Shown one piece after another: positions 40,800-55,828 of a stretch of 64,000 nucleotides of DNA. Made by a program: the position numbers and the translations under genes. Below the pieces are notes generated by a model. That model was given only the letters and a program-made list of their open reading frames with translations, made no database searches and was not told the origin of the DNA. How positions within the stretch are numbered: position 1 is the stretch's first letter; the number at the start of each line of letters is the position of its first letter. The stretch comes from Octopus vulgaris (lineage: Eukaryota). Location: the NCBI GenBank assembly GCA_951406725.2, contig OX597814.1, positions 50,530,001-50,594,000 on the forward strand. The letters run 5' to 3'.

Positions 40800-41219
40800 T
40801 TTTTTTTATTCTTTTACTTATTTCAGTCATTTGACTGCATCCATGCTGGAGCACCGCCTTGAGGTTTTGTTAGACAAACAAATTGCCTCCAGGCTTGGTT
40901 TTTGGAGCCTAGTACTTATTCTAACGGTCTCATTTGCCGAACCGGTAAGTTACAGGGACGTAAACACACCAATACTGGTTGTCAAGTCGTGACGTGGGGG
41001 AGGCGGACACACACTAACACAAAGACACACACACATATCTATTCATATATATATAGGACGAGCTTATTTCAGGTTACGTCTATCCAAATCCGCTCACAAG
41101 GTTTTGGTCGGCCCGAGGCTATAGTAGAAGACACTTGCCCAAGATGCCACGCAGTGGGACTGAACCAGGAACCATTCGGTTGGGAAGCAAACTTCTTACC
41201 ACACAGCCACGCCTGCGCC
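40797..41219 (-). mobile_element. Full-length bipartite SINE family B
   Basis: Head GGCGCAGGCGTGGCTGTGTGG, GGTTCAGTCCC, CTTGGGCAAGTG core, (TA/TG) linker, 3' module ending in the LINE-like tail. Confidence 0.85.
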
Positions 41220-41250
41220 TATACACACACAGCCATACACACACACACAC

Positions 41251-41281
<31 letters not shown>

Positions 41282-41496
41282 TACATATACATACATACAC
41301 ACACACACACATACATACATACATATATATATACATATACATACATACACACACACACGCACACATCACATATACAAATAGGTGGCGCCCCAGCATAGCC
41401 GCTGTCTAATAACTGAGACAAGTAAAAGATATGTGCGTGTGTGTATGTATGTATGTATGTACGTATGTATCTACGTATTTACGTATGCATGTTATT

Positions 41497-42340
41497 ACAC
41501 AGGGTATTCAGGTTAAATTTCAAGATTTTATTTTGTCTCCTTTTTTCAGGAGCAGCTTGTCGTAGTAATGAATAGTCAACGGCGTTGGAGAGCATAAAGA
41601 ATAAAGCTGTAAGTGAGTAAAAATTAGCTAACATGGAGGACTGGAAGCCATGTGAATATTGGAAAAGAATTACTTGTATCGTGATGATTCACACTGGGTA
41701 TCAAAATGCCGACATCATCACTGCTAATCTGTGAACACTGTAAAAGTCATAAAACGTGACATGGACCGCTGCAATGAAGGCTACGAAGCCGTGACTAGAA
41801 GGAAGGGACACAACACAGTGTGTCTCCACTAATGGTGACGTCAAACCGCTCTATACCTTTGATGGTTATGTGAAACTGCATGAGACTGTGGTCAAACCCT
41901 CCTTAAAGAGGGCTGCTGTTGAAAGACCATATGATTAGCAACAGCATTCGGTTCCTTGCCATACCCCCGGAAAGTGCCAGAAATGATTGTCGGAGAATTT
42001 ATACGATATCCCGAGCCCCAGTTTCTGGCACCCTAATTCCCTTGATTGTAATCCCATGGATTACTATGAGTGAGAAGCGGTTGAGAAAGGCACCAACCGT
42101 TCTGTCTGCAATACCAAGGCCGAGCTGGTGTACAAATCAAGGACATACTCGAAGATCTTCACAGTGACACAGTGTAGAACGCATGAACCTGATGAAGGAT
42201 CCGTCTTGAAGCCTCGGTGGAAACTGGGGGTAGCTACTTTCAGTAAACTATAACTCTCAACCATAATCTGGTTATTTTTTGATTAAAAAAAAAATATTTT
42301 GACAGTATCATGACTGGTTCTATTTACTTGAACTTTCCGC
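41497..42340 (+). mobile_element. Internally deleted Tc1/mariner element
   Basis: CAGGGT terminus, MEDWKPCEYWKR start, QQHS..CHT, FWHPNSLDCNPMDYY motifs. Confidence 0.7.
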
Positions 42341-42399
42341 GACAATCATGTCAAGCGTTCAAGCGTTCAAAATTTTGAAAATGTCATGTCAAGCGTTCA

Positions 42400-42552
42400 C
42401 GATGTTGAAAACGTAGCTTTATATTTTCAGCAAGATGGAACGCCTCCACGCTAACATAGTAATGTAAGGGCCTGCCTTGGAAAGAATTTATCAACCAGGC
42501 GAACTGAACGAAGAGGTTCAGTAGAATAACTTCTGCATTCACCGGACCTCAC
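42400..42552 (+). mobile_element. Mariner-like fragment of a different family
   Basis: FQQDGTPP...VRACL...RRGSVE*LLHSPDLT. Confidence 0.6.
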
Positions 42553-42554
42553 AG

Positions 42555-44460
42555 TAGTGGTTTTCAACCAGGTCCATGTGACACCTGATGGTTCATATAA
42601 GATTTTGGGAGATCCACACAAGGAAAATAGTAAACTGAGGATCCACAGAGGTATTTTAAGGTTTCATTAAAAATTCTGCTTTAGCTGTATTTATTGCAAG
42701 AGACAGATCAGTTTCTTTCTCTAAAGTTTTACATAGTACGTGGTCTGATCAATAAGTATCCGGAATGTTGCCATAGTAACGAAACTAAAACACGCAAAAT
42801 AAAGCCACTTGACACAGATTGACCTTGACTATGCTATAAATGTGCACTGAGTTTTAACGTTCTAGCTCACTTCTGCTGTTTACAACAGTGCTTGGAAGGA
42901 AGGTGTTTAGTGTGTGATCGTTGCATTGGCTATAAAGACAAAGTTGTGCAGTGAATATGCATCGAATTTTGCTGTATTTTTTAAATTAAAATTTGTTAGA
43001 AACAATCATTCTTCATTCACCTGATAGCATGTATAATATAGCTGAGAAATAATGGTAGCTTGAATAAAATTTAATTGAAAGAAAAATATTAGGTCCATTG
43101 GACCCAGTTGGTAAATAGTGACATACATTTTCTCCGGTGGACCAAGGGTTAACTGAAGGTTATATTGGGCATTTTACCTGTTCACTTGCTACGTTAAAAA
43201 TTTTATGAAGTTTAAAATCGTCTGAGAAACATGATAGTACTGACATTTGTGATGTTATTAATAAACGTGACAAAGACAAATGGGTTTAACACAGGGTCTT
43301 GGAAGACATTACTAGTGATTTTTATTGAGCTTGCGTGAATTCATAAATAACATGTTGAATTCTGCTTGCAAAGAAAGACGTAATTCAGTGTAGAGGTTTT
43401 CCAAGAACTACTGCTATTTTTGAGATTGGAAAATTTTTTTTCAATAGAACGGTTTCTGGACACTTAAAAAAAACTGTTATTCTCTTCGTGAGCTCACATT
43501 GCCTAAAATCCAGGCATTTAACTCTAGTTTCCGTAACATTAGAGAGACAGTAGACAAACACGTTCTCTTCTCCATATCGTAGGTGTATTTCCGAATGGGA
43601 TGAGGAAAGATAACTCACTAACACAAGCCAATAAAGCTTTCGTAAATTTCACATATAAGCAGCTTTCTCCATTATAACATACATACATACATACATACAT
43701 ACATACATACATACATACATACATACATACATACATACATGCATACATACATTTTGTGCAACTGAAATCCAAGTGTCTTTTTGGTCAGTTGAAAGCAGTT
43801 TTGGCACAAACTTGGCAGACACACGTCTCATACCCAAATCTTCAGTGTTAATCGACTGAACTGAACCGTAACTAATCTGCACATCCTCTGATAACTCGCA
43901 GATGGTGATTCGATGATTTCCCCTTCACAGCTGCAAGCACATCTTCGATGTTTTTCTCAGTTCTGCTGGTTGCGAGTCTCCCAGAACTTTCGTCAATATC
44001 GACATTTTTTCGACAATCTTGGAAACGCCTGAACCAGCTCATACATTCCTCTCCATACACTTTCTGCAACTTTGCGCAGGCCTCTGAGCAAGTATCGCCA
44101 TGACATCTTTCTCTATCATGGTCAATGCAACGATCACACGCTACACACCTTCCTTCCAAGCACTGTTGTAAAGAACGGAAGTGAACTAGAACGCTAAAAC
44201 TTAGTGTGCATGCACAGCAGAGTTCAGGGTTAATCTTTGCCAAGCAGCTTTACTCTATATGCTTTAGCTTTGTTACTATGCCAACAGTCTGGATACTTAT
44301 TGATCAGACTTCGTACAAGCGAATGTGTGAAAAGCAAAACATGGATTTTGAAAGAAGTATCTATAAAACTAGTTTTTAAACATCGTATGGCTATGGACGT
44401 CCACCAGAATAAAACAGTAATCAAAGGGATCCATAGGTAAAACAATGGTTGAGAACCACA
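42555..44460. mobile_element. hAT MITE split by nested insertions
   Basis: Termini TAGTGGTTTTCAACC and GGTTGAGAACCAC; resembles 27497-27750. Confidence 0.6.
42737..44315 (-). mobile_element. Mariner derivative made of two inverted 5' ends; transposase N-terminus on minus strand
   Basis: TIR TACG(T/A)(G/A)GTCTGATCAATAAGTATCC at both ends; about 230 bp of inverted homology; WFRRFQ..SGR..LGMRRVSAKFVPKLL at 43750-44100. Confidence 0.8.
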
Positions 44461-44734
44461 ACGTTATAGCATAAAACCTGTAACAGATGGTGAAGGGATG
44501 GCAGCCACTGAACAAGAATGTGTGCAAATATCAAGCTAAACATCTCTGTATGCTATTCCATTGCTTCACGATTTCAGCAGTGCTTGGACCAGAACGGTTA
44601 TTAGTTTGCAAATATAGGCGTTCATAGAAAATATCTTCTATTAGTAGATTCTATTAATTTTTGTAAGCGAAAAATATTTTAATAAACACTGACTTTGTAA
44701 TCGCGCAAAGTCTATATGCATTTTTCGCAACTTT

Positions 44735-45641
<907 letters not shown>

Positions 45642-46686
45642 GTGTAGTGCAAGATAAATAGAGAATACGAGTGGCTATAACAAATTAAATCAGTAGAAAG
45701 GTTTGGAGACGATAGGAAAGTAATAAAGGGAGATCGACAACAACAACAACAACAACAACAAAAACAAAACCAACAACTGATGAAAAATAGGAACTATGAA
45801 AGTATTGAAAACTAGGGGTTCGAAAGACGGAGATGGAGGGAGGAGGAAAGGAGCCATGAAACGTTAGAAAACTACAGAAAGGAAAGTGGGTGTAGAAAGA
45901 TAGAAGTGATTGCATAGAGGAACTCAGACGGGAAAAGGAATGATGTAGGGGTCTAGGAAAGAAGAGAGACGGTTTAAAAGAGAGAAAACAACATGCAAAA
46001 TGAGCATAAAGTAGTCGAAGAGATAGGAATTGTTTTGCGCTTACTGCTGTTTAGCGGCAGGTCAGCATGTGGCTATACAGTAACAACAATGGCGTACGTG
46101 CCATCTATGACCATCTGGTCTATTTTTAAGGCAGTTACGGTATAATTTAAATGAAACTTGGCTGCTATTCCTAGCCAGTTGAGAGACTAGGCTTTCGTGT
46201 TGGTTCTAAGCGATATTGATGGAGAAGAGGAAGAAGTGAGGAAAGATTAGACGAATGGGAAAGCATGTATTCGTCAGAGAAAGGTGGCCGGAAGAGAGAG
46301 AATGAGGAAAAGCAGAGAGGGGTGGTGTATAAGAATTGAAGAGAAAGAGAGAGCTGGTGAAGGAGAGTGAACTGGGGTGGGGGAGAATGATAGAAGATTA
46401 GGAATGGTTAGAGATAGGATGAAGGAATGAAAGAGAAATAGATGGAATGAATGAATGAATGAATGAATGTATGAATGACAGGAAAAAGAAATAAACAAAG
46501 AAACACACAAAGGAGGGTAAGAAAGAAACAAAAGTAAGAAACAAAGTAAGAAAGAAAATGAGAAAAAGAAGGAAAGAAGGAAAATGAAAGTAAAATGTGA
46601 ATGAGAGAAAGAACAAGTCAAGCAATAAAACGAGAGGGAGAGGAAGAGGAAGAGTAGTGAAGAGTGAACAAATGTTAAGATAAGTT

Positions 46687-46810
46687 GGAAGAAGAAGAAG
46701 AAGAAGAAGAAGAAGAAGAAGAAGAAGAAGAAGAAGAAGAAGAAGAAGAAGAAGAAGAAGAAGAAGGGGAAGGACGAGGGGGAAAGACGAGGAGGGGAGG
46801 ATGGAAGGAA

Positions 46811-46868
<58 letters not shown>

Positions 46869-46913
46869 ATGAAAGAAAGAAAGAAAGAAAGAAAGAAGGA
46901 AAGAAAGAAAGAA
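46687..46913 (+). repeat. (GAA)n and (GAAA)n polypurine tract
   Basis: Directly visible tandem repeats. Confidence 0.97.
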
Positions 46914-47284
46914 GGGCCAAGGACATGAGCGTAATATGATGTAATATATGCATACACACACGCACATGTATGCTTATATCTGTGAGTGAACATGTTTGTA
47001 GACATAATGATAGACAAAAACATGCTGTGTGATTAAGAAATTCGTTGGCCAATCACAAGATCTTACTTTCGATACTAGTACATGGCAAGTACCTTCTAAC
47101 ACGGCCTCTGATCAAACCAAGCCATAACTTATAATTCAAAAGACCGGCCTTGTGTACACACAGCATCTCGCTGACTCTGCCTGTGGGTTACGTTAGGGGC
47201 AGAAGAGTCCTGGCGAATACTAAACCAATGGGTAGGGTAACTCAACTGATAGGGTAATTCACGATCTGGACGGAGATGGAGATC

Positions 47285-47364
<80 letters not shown>

Positions 47365-47551
47365 CACACACATGCATACACAGAAACACACACACATACG
47401 TACATACACACATATATATATATATATATGTGTGTGTATATATGTATGTATGAATACACACATACGTGTATACATACATGCTTATATTTGCTGCGAGATA
47501 CTACGAAAGTGACTCAAGGGTTTCAAGTTTCGTGCCAAGGATTCTCAACTA

Positions 47552-47589
<38 letters not shown>

Positions 47590-47639
47590 TCACACACACG
47601 TACACACACATATATATACACATACATTGGTAGACGGAT

Positions 47640-47830
<191 letters not shown>

Positions 47831-48144
47831 CACTTAGAGAGTAGAGTGGAAGAGAGAGATTGAAAGAGAGAGAGAGGGAAACAGAAAGTGAGAGAGAGAA
47901 GGTGAGAAAAAGAAGGATAAGGAAAAGTGCAGAGGGTGAATCAACAAATATAGCTAGACGAGCCATTACGCCGGAACGTGCTGGCATTATCATGTTGAAA
48001 CCATAAAGCAGCTGTTTGTTTTAATAGCCACAGAGTTGTCCGTCTGGGGAAATCTATGTATTCATATATTCATAGGTCTCCTTCTGACATTCATAACCAG
48101 CATCTGGTTCGATTTTAAGCTATGACGGCACTTCACACCACGCT

Positions 48145-48195
<51 letters not shown>

Positions 48196-48559
48196 AGTGA
48201 ATGTGTGCAAGTTCATATGCGTGAGTGTCAGTGTGTGTATATGAGTATGAGTATGTGTGTGTGTTCGTGTACGTGTGTCGGAGTATGTGTGGTGTGTGTG
48301 TGTATGTAGCTGTGTGTCTTACGCTGTTATTAGAGCAAAAGCGTTGCTAACTAAACTATTGGTGTTGCTGATGAAAGCTGTTGCGACTGCTGCGGTGATT
48401 TTTGCTGGTAATGTTGTTGCTAATGTTGTTGCTGTTTGCGTGATACTCTTGTTGTCGCTGCTGGTGTCGTTGTAATTGTTGTTGTTGGTGGTGTTGTTGT
48501 TACTGTTCTTGCTGATGTCTTGTTCTCAGTGAAATACTTGTATTTTCCGAAACAGCATG

Positions 48560-48703
48560 TAGTAGTGGTGCGGTGGTGGTAGTAGTAGAAGTGGTGGTTG
48601 TGGTGGTGGTGGTGGTGGTAGTAGTAGTAGCAGCAGCAGCAGTAGCAGTAGTAGCAGCAGCAGTAGCAGTAGTAGCAGCAGCAGCAGCAGCAGTAGCAGC
48701 AAC

Positions 48704-48762
<59 letters not shown>

Positions 48763-48785
48763 CAGCAGCAGCAGCAGCAGCAGTG

Positions 48786-48847
<62 letters not shown>
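48560..48847 (+). repeat. (GTG)/(GTA)/(GCA) compound trinucleotide repeat
   Basis: Directly visible tandem repeats. Confidence 0.96.
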
Positions 48848-48848
<1 letters not shown>

Positions 48849-49439
48849 TTCTAATCGTTGTTACTGCTCAGATCAAGCCAGACTGAGTAGACCTATGATC
48901 AGAGGTATTTCAGCTATGACCATCCTGTCTACTCCCTATACGGGGGAACTCTAACCAACATTATTCCTAGTAACTTTTTCGAAATGGCATGGTATGATTT
49001 GAAGGATATTTTGATGGTATTTTTATCAGATTGAATAGCTATTCAGAGGTTCCTTCAAAAGCTGTTGTAGCAGCAGTAGAAGAGGAAACAAAGGAGAAGC
49101 AGTGCAATTATGCATTGCTGTTACTTGTAACCGAGTATAACTTGATAAGAAGTATCCCCAATTCCGCTAATTGTTTTAGCGTCAAGCAGACATAGGCTTC
49201 TTTTCGGATCTCCCAACCTTCACCCAGTGGAGCATCCAGGATGTGAGAGCTGGAAGGAAAGAAGGCTGCACCAACAAAGGTCTAATACTCATTTTCAGAT
49301 GAGTTGACGGGAACAACATGAATTGTCTTGTTCAGAGATGCAATGTACTGCTCGGCTCGGTAATCGAGCTCTCGGCCATTTAAGCATAAGTCCAAAACGT
49401 TTGCTACAACACCATGAGTCAGCATTTCTGCAATTATAA

Positions 49440-49790
49440 GCGGGTGATTATAGAAAATTGTTAAGTGAAGTTTTATCATCCAAATTCATGGCCTATTCCG
49501 GGTCAATGTTTATGATGTTTGCATGTGACGCAGAAGCTGACAGATCATATTTGATCTTTCAAGCGATTCAGCAGACTCAAGCATTTTCTAGCCTTGAAGA
49601 GAAAGTCCAATTTGTACGCAGCAGTTTTACAATGTTATATGTGTAGTCACCACTTTCAGCAAGTGTAAAGGTCTTTCGCTATGTATATGTCATAGACATG
49701 TTGTTGGGTGACGTTTAGTTACTGTGCTTTTGCGTCCAATGAGAGCAGCTTGTCAAAGATATTGTTGTCTCTCCATGGAAGGAGTACAAG
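49440..49790 (-). mobile_element. Old Jockey/CR1-like RT fragment
   Basis: KTAAYKLDFLFKARKC resembles the KTAAKKLGFLFRARKY segment of such RTs. Confidence 0.45.
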
Positions 49791-50019
49791 TAACATCGGG
49801 CGAGTTATTTTGCGATTTCTGTTCTGGCTTTTTACGTTCTGAGTTCAAATTACACCTCGGTGTTGATAGCTGGAGTTAATTACCCAACCATAAAAACATC
49901 CCGCCCAAACGCAATTGGTCAGCGTGAACAGAGTAGATAAACCAACAACGGTACACTGAGGTTTCATCCAGAAGTGGATCAGTTGAATGGAGTTGACTAT
50001 TATATAGCCTAATATAATA

Positions 50020-50227
50020 TAATTCTTTGTAATTTTAGCACAAGGCCGGCAATTTTAGCGGGATCAGATCGATCCCAGTGCTCAACTGGCACATATTTTA
50101 TCGACTCTGACAGAATGAAAGGTAAAGTCAACATCAGCTGAATTTTGAACTCAGAAAGTAACGATCGATAAGAAATGCCCTTAAGCATTTTCCCGACGCG
50201 CTAGCAATTCTACTAGTTCGCTCTCTT
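50020..50227 (-). mobile_element. Diverged SINE family A
   Basis: Degenerate reverse complement of head and core. Confidence 0.7.
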
Positions 50228-50244
50228 AATATAGTATAATTCTT

Positions 50245-50442
50245 AAGACGGCAAGCTGGCAGAAACGTTAGCAGGCCGGGCGAAATGCTTAGCAGTGTTT
50301 CGTCTGTTTTTACGTTCGGAGTTCAAATTCCGCCGAGGTCGACTTTGCCTTTCATTCTTTCAGGGGTCGATAAATCAAGTACCAGTTGCGTACTTGGGTC
50401 GATCTAATTGACTGGACCCCACCCCCAAAATTTCGGGCCTCG
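50245..50442 (+). mobile_element. SINE family A, tail type 2
   Basis: Head, box B, core and start of type 2 tail. Confidence 0.88.
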
Positions 50443-50494
50443 GCCCGAAATTTGACCGATGCACTAATGATTCTACCAAATTGTTGCCTCAATA

Positions 50495-51942
50495 TACGAA
50501 ATGCATTCCAGAAGGTTTTAGATAGGTTATTGTAAAAAAAAATAAATGCGCCCTTTTAAAGCCTAGCCAGGCTCATGGGCCCGGTTTCCCGGTTTCTATG
50601 GCGTATGGGTTCCCCATCTGGACGGGACGCCAGTCCATCACACCGTTACTCACTTTTGCCAGCTGAGTGGATTGGAGCAACGCAAAATGAAGTGTTTTGC
50701 TCAAGAACATAATGCGTCGCCCGGTCCAGGAATCGAAACCACAATTTTACGATCATGATGCTGACATCCTAGCCACTAAGCCACATTACTATATATCTAA
50801 TAAGCTGACTTGCCAACTTTTTATTCTACATTGAAGGACACAGCTGTAACAGCAATTTCAACACGCTCTACTAAACACTGCTCGTCACAGCTGAATAGTT
50901 TGCAGGATGCAGTCGAGACATGATGACAGTTTGGAAGATTTCTATGTATTGAAGTTTGTGTTAAACTGGACGAAAACGATACAGAAAGTTATGAAACGAC
51001 CCAGACCGCTTATGGATTAACTTTATGAGCCGATGATCTGTCTTTCACTGATACGCGAGGCTCGTAGACCGTAGAAATGAGGCAAGAGATGAAGAGAGGT
51101 GAAAGGTGGAAAGCGGCGTTAGAACATCGGAGCTGAGTTGAGAAAACACGCGATTTTCTGGATGAAAAGAAAACAGTTCTTTATTGAAGACAGCACGCAA
51201 AGTTTGTGCAGTTTTGTTCCCGGGGTTTTCAAAAGGAAAGACGTGTTGATGACAGTAAGAAGACTGTTGAACTCATTACTTCTAATCCTAAATTACTTGA
51301 GTCTTGGGTGACCTGTGACGAAAGATTGATCTATTGTTATGATCCAGAGATCAAGCGACAGAGAGCCCTATGGAAGCATCTTGACTCCCCCACACCCAAG
51401 ATGACCAGGCAAAGCAATTTCACTGGAAAGCTCATGACGATCCCCTTTTCAACAGCAAGAACATCATCTACATCCAATGGGTCACACTGGCAAGGCGGCC
51501 AACAAAGAGTACTCTGCGGAGGTTTTGAGGAAGTTCATGAAGAGATTTCGTCGCAATAGGTCTGAGCACTTTCACCAGGACAATGCATCAGTCCACAATT
51601 CCATCTTGGTAACCAATTACTTGGCAGAAATCGGCATCATAACTGTACTTCACGCGCCCTACATCCAGAGTTGTTCCCTGTGGTTTTTTGTTGTTCCCCA
51701 AACTGAAGGAGAAACTCGGGGTAGTCGTTTTGAAGATATTGAAAAGATAAAGGCGGTTGTGACAAAGATCCTGGACACCTTCAGTTTGGAGGACTTCTAT
51801 AGGGCCTTCATGAAGCGACTGGAGCACAACAAGTCCATTGAAGGTTGGGGACCCTACTTTGAAGATAAGAGTTTTGTACTTCTTTGAAATTAATAAATGA
51901 ATTTGCCTGAAAAAGTCTCAAAGTTCTAGAATGCACCTTGTA
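50495..51942 (+). mobile_element. Mariner (DD34D-type) element, near full length, decayed
   Basis: TIRs TACGAAATGCATTCCAGAA / TTCTAGAATGCACCTTGTA; WVTCDERLIYCYDPEIKRQ, FHQDNASVH, HAPY, GSRFEDIEKIK. Confidence 0.85.
50543..50785 (-). mobile_element. SINE family C-related insertion inside the mariner
   Basis: TGGCTTAGTGG, GGTTTCGATTCC, CTTGAGCAAAACAC; shares GGCGTCCCGTCCAG...GAAACCGGGAAACCGG with 34613-34913. Confidence 0.82.
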
Positions 51943-52044
51943 AAATAGTAATAATAATATATGAACAGATACATACATACTTGCACTCTCTCCCTCTCTC
52001 TCTCTCTCACACACATACACACATACACACATACACACACAAAC

Positions 52045-52079
<35 letters not shown>

Positions 52080-52390
52080 TGTATGTATGTATGTATGTAT
52101 GTATGTATGTATGTATGTATACATGCACACATACATTCATTTAGGAAGTATCCAAAGTTTATACAAAATGTAGAGTACTCAAGCTACGATAATGATAGTG
52201 TATATTTATATACGTTGGGAAATTTAATATTTTGTACTCAGTATTCACGTGGGATAGGTGAGTACGTAATTTCTCTTGTGAATTCTTCAATCTATTCGAT
52301 TGCATGTGTATGTGTGTATCAGCATACGCATTTGTATGTATGTACGGATGGATGCGTGTGTGTATGTATATATATATATATGTATGTATG

Positions 52391-52422
<32 letters not shown>

Positions 52423-53296
52423 CATACACATTACACTACACACACAGATACACACGCACAAACGTAAATATATGCATACAAAAATATGATTTAAAAAACA
52501 AGCAAATGGTGTGATATGTATTATTTTGTAATTGCTTTAAGCTACATTACCTTCGAAATTAACAATTTAATTGAACAATTGTTATATAAAAACAAGAAAA
52601 CTACTGCCTCTTATTAGCACATTTATGGTTGACGCATATTGTAAGAGAGAGAGGGAGAAAGAGAGACAGGCAAATGAGAGAGGAGACGACTGAGACACAA
52701 ACACTCTATGTTTTAATTGTTGAACCAAAAATATATGTAGAAACAAATTTCTTGCATACAATTAACTTTTAATTAGGTTTCAAATATTGAATGTTTGACC
52801 CGAAATTTTTCTTTATTATATATAATTCAATAAACTACTTTAATTTTGCTTTATTTTTGTGATAGTATTTAGAATTTTTAATTAATCGAATATTGAAAAT
52901 TAAAATACAATTAAGGTAAGTAACTTTGAAATTACATGTTGTCATTGATGATTAGTCTTACGGGTGAGAGAGAATGATGGAGATTTGAACCTAGAGTAAA
53001 TTGCCTATTCGAAATTTTATAGGGAGAATTTGGTTCACGACACAATAAATATAATATGCTGGGCAACTTTGAAAAAAGAGTTGTTGTTGTCATTGTTGTT
53101 GTTGTCGTTGTTGTTGTTGTTGGCATTTATTGCTCTATCAGCTATGATCAAACAGACCTATGATCAAATCCATTAACAATCCTGTCATTTTCTCTATCTT
53201 AAATATATTTCTCAATGTACTGCTCCTCTTCTGAGACGGTCAGGTATGATACGGTGATGATTCGGCTGCTAAATCTAGTATTCCCAGCGACCGATA

Positions 53297-53347
<51 letters not shown>

Positions 53348-53701
53348 CACACACACACACACACACTTAGAAATGGATGCGTGGTGTTCAATTAAATAAT
53401 AATAATTTAAGATTATTTTTATGCATTTGTGTACATTTAAACTAATTAAATATTATTTTACAGAATAATAGAATTAAAATTTCTTTGATTAAAGCCCTTT
53501 CTAACATAGAAGTATCCAAAGAGCATTTAAGGCACGTAATGTTTTATGAACACAAAAAGGAAACACTGTAACCGAAGCGACTCGAAATATACACTCCGTG
53601 TATGGCAAAGAATGCTTAATTGAAAGAACAACAACAACAACAACAACAACAATATCGAAAAATACCTTAGGAATGAGAACCCAGGTTCGAAATTTCCCCA
53701 A

Positions 53702-53747
53702 GACACCTGATGAAGGCTGGAGGGTATATCAGCCGAAACCATGTGTT
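53702..53747 (+). ncRNA. Type I HHR motif in a short pLTR-like repeat (about 53655-53826)
   Basis: GACAC-CTGATGA-A-GGCTG gagggtatat CAGCC-GAAAC-CAT-GTGTT, then AATAAA; stem III and cleavage site look mutated. Confidence 0.65.
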
Positions 53748-53899
53748 AACAATAAACAAGATGAGAACAAATATCCGTCAAATGTAAATAATGTACGTAT
53801 TTCATCATATCTTAAATATAGAACTATATTATATCAATCATGTTGTAGAATATAATCATAGGCCATCTTCGAGTCATTTTTCGCAAGTGTATGTCCTTA

Positions 53900-55688
53900 C
53901 CATCTTATCTAGGGTATCTACTCCTCCTTTTGTTTTGTTGTAATATGTAATAGCTTCAGGTTTCTTTTCAGCGCTTTTTGAATCAATTGGAGGGCTGAGA
54001 GTGCATTGTACTCACAAGTGTGACTACATAATTTTTCTTTGACAACAAGAAAGGATCATAGAAACCTTTTGAAATTCAAATATTGTGCTGTTGATTTCTC
54101 TTTATTTTCCATTTGTGAAATCACTTGGAAGTTCAACTCTGTTCTTTATAATAGTTCCAACTGAAATAGTTTTCTTGCAAAGCAGCTTCCATGCCAATCC
54201 TAGACTTTTAAAGAGATTATCACAAATTATACTGTGACCAGTATTTTCCAGTTCTTTTACTAGGTCTTCAACAACTTGAACTTTGATTTCTTTCTTTCCT
54301 TTTTACTGGGACTTTTTCAATGTAGATTTGCATTTTCCAGGCATAAGATGCTTCACTGTCGCATTTTGGACAAATTTTAATTCCATATTTCCCTGGTTTT
54401 GAAAGAATATATACCCGAAATGGGAAGCGCCCTCTGAATGAAACTAATTGTTCATCAATTGTCATGCATCAACTTGGAACATATCCATCTTGCAAATTGC
54501 GATTCCACATTTCAAATACTTTTCTTATGGGCTCCAATTTATCATCACTTCTCTTTTTTCTTCTTGCACTAGCATCGTCAAAACACAATACTTATAAAAT
54601 CTGTTGAAATCTTCCCCGACTCATAATTTTGTTGAATATTGGGCGACCATCTTCTTGATTCCATAACTGTGTGACATTTTCATGTTTAGATTTATAAACA
54701 CCTATAAGAATTATCAGTCCAATAAATTTCTTTAGTTCAGAGTGATGAATTTTCTTCCATTTATCTTTGTAAACAACCTGATCTTCAACATTTGTCCATG
54801 TCGTGTAAAGAAAGAAAAACAGATGGTCCACATTCTTGGTGCCCAATATTACAAGATGAAGTTCCTACTGCTGCTTGAGTAAGATAATTAGAATACCAAA
54901 CTTCTTGTCTGTCTCCAGAAACATTGCTCATTCATAATTGGGTGGCTTGCAGGTAATTGTTTTTGAGTATCTTCATCACCTGATGGCACAGAACCTAAGC
55001 TGTCCAGCATACAATCACTTTCACCGTCATCTTCAGAGCTATAGAAGGAATCACTACTGTTTTCTTCCCATTCTTCATCTAATTCCAATAACCTTTTTGA
55101 TATTTGGTCTTCACTCAAGTTTTCACCTATAACCATATTGGAAAGCACAACTGAACTACATGAAACTTCATAGCAGACTAAAGGCAGGTATTGCTCTTTC
55201 ACATATTTATACTCTCCTGAAAGAATATATTGTAAGAATTGCGTCATCACTGAAATTTTGCATCACCCTATAACCTAGTAGATTGAAGGTTATGCAATAC
55301 CACACAAATTTACAGGAACATTTTCATAATTTTTTCCTATTTTATCTAAAATTCAGCAAATAAATTGAATACAATTTTATCTATTTTATATCTGATAAAT
55401 ATCTAGGAAAATAATATTTGATACTGCCTTTGTTGAGTTTAGAATGACAAGAGGAGTGTCTGAATTTAATGCGCGGGCCCAATGGACCCATACGGTAATT
55501 AATATGTAAAGTGAAATTTTCTAGCTTTTATAAACATACAGAAAATTTCCCATTTGACAAATAAGAAAGAGTCAAGAAAAAATAAGAATCAAGAGAAATC
55601 AGCAGAATCAAATAATATAAACAGTAGGAAAAAGTAACTGAAAAAACTGAAATAGGTCCATTGGACCCATTGGTAGTCGGAAGGTTAA
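53900..55688 (-). mobile_element. piggyBac (PGBD4-like) transposon remnant with 5' terminus
   Basis: Acidic N-terminus, ELKKFIGLIILIG..IMSRGRF, TIDEQLVSFRGR..KPGKYGIK..CD, ICDNLF; TTAA-CCTT end at 55681-55688. Confidence 0.9.
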
Positions 55689-55706
55689 CCGAAGCAAAAT
55701 AGTATA

Positions 55707-55828
55707 CAGTAATCCCTCGACTATCGCGGTTGTTACGTTCCAAAACCTCCCACAGAAATAATTAAAATCTAAAAAAAAATATAAATACCTATCGGCCGCA
55801 GAAACCCGCGATATACTGAGGATTACTG
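55707..55828. mobile_element. pogo/Tigger-like MITE
   Basis: TIR CAGTAATCCCTCGACTATCGCGG / CCGCGATATACTGAGGATTACTG; TA TSD. Confidence 0.8.
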
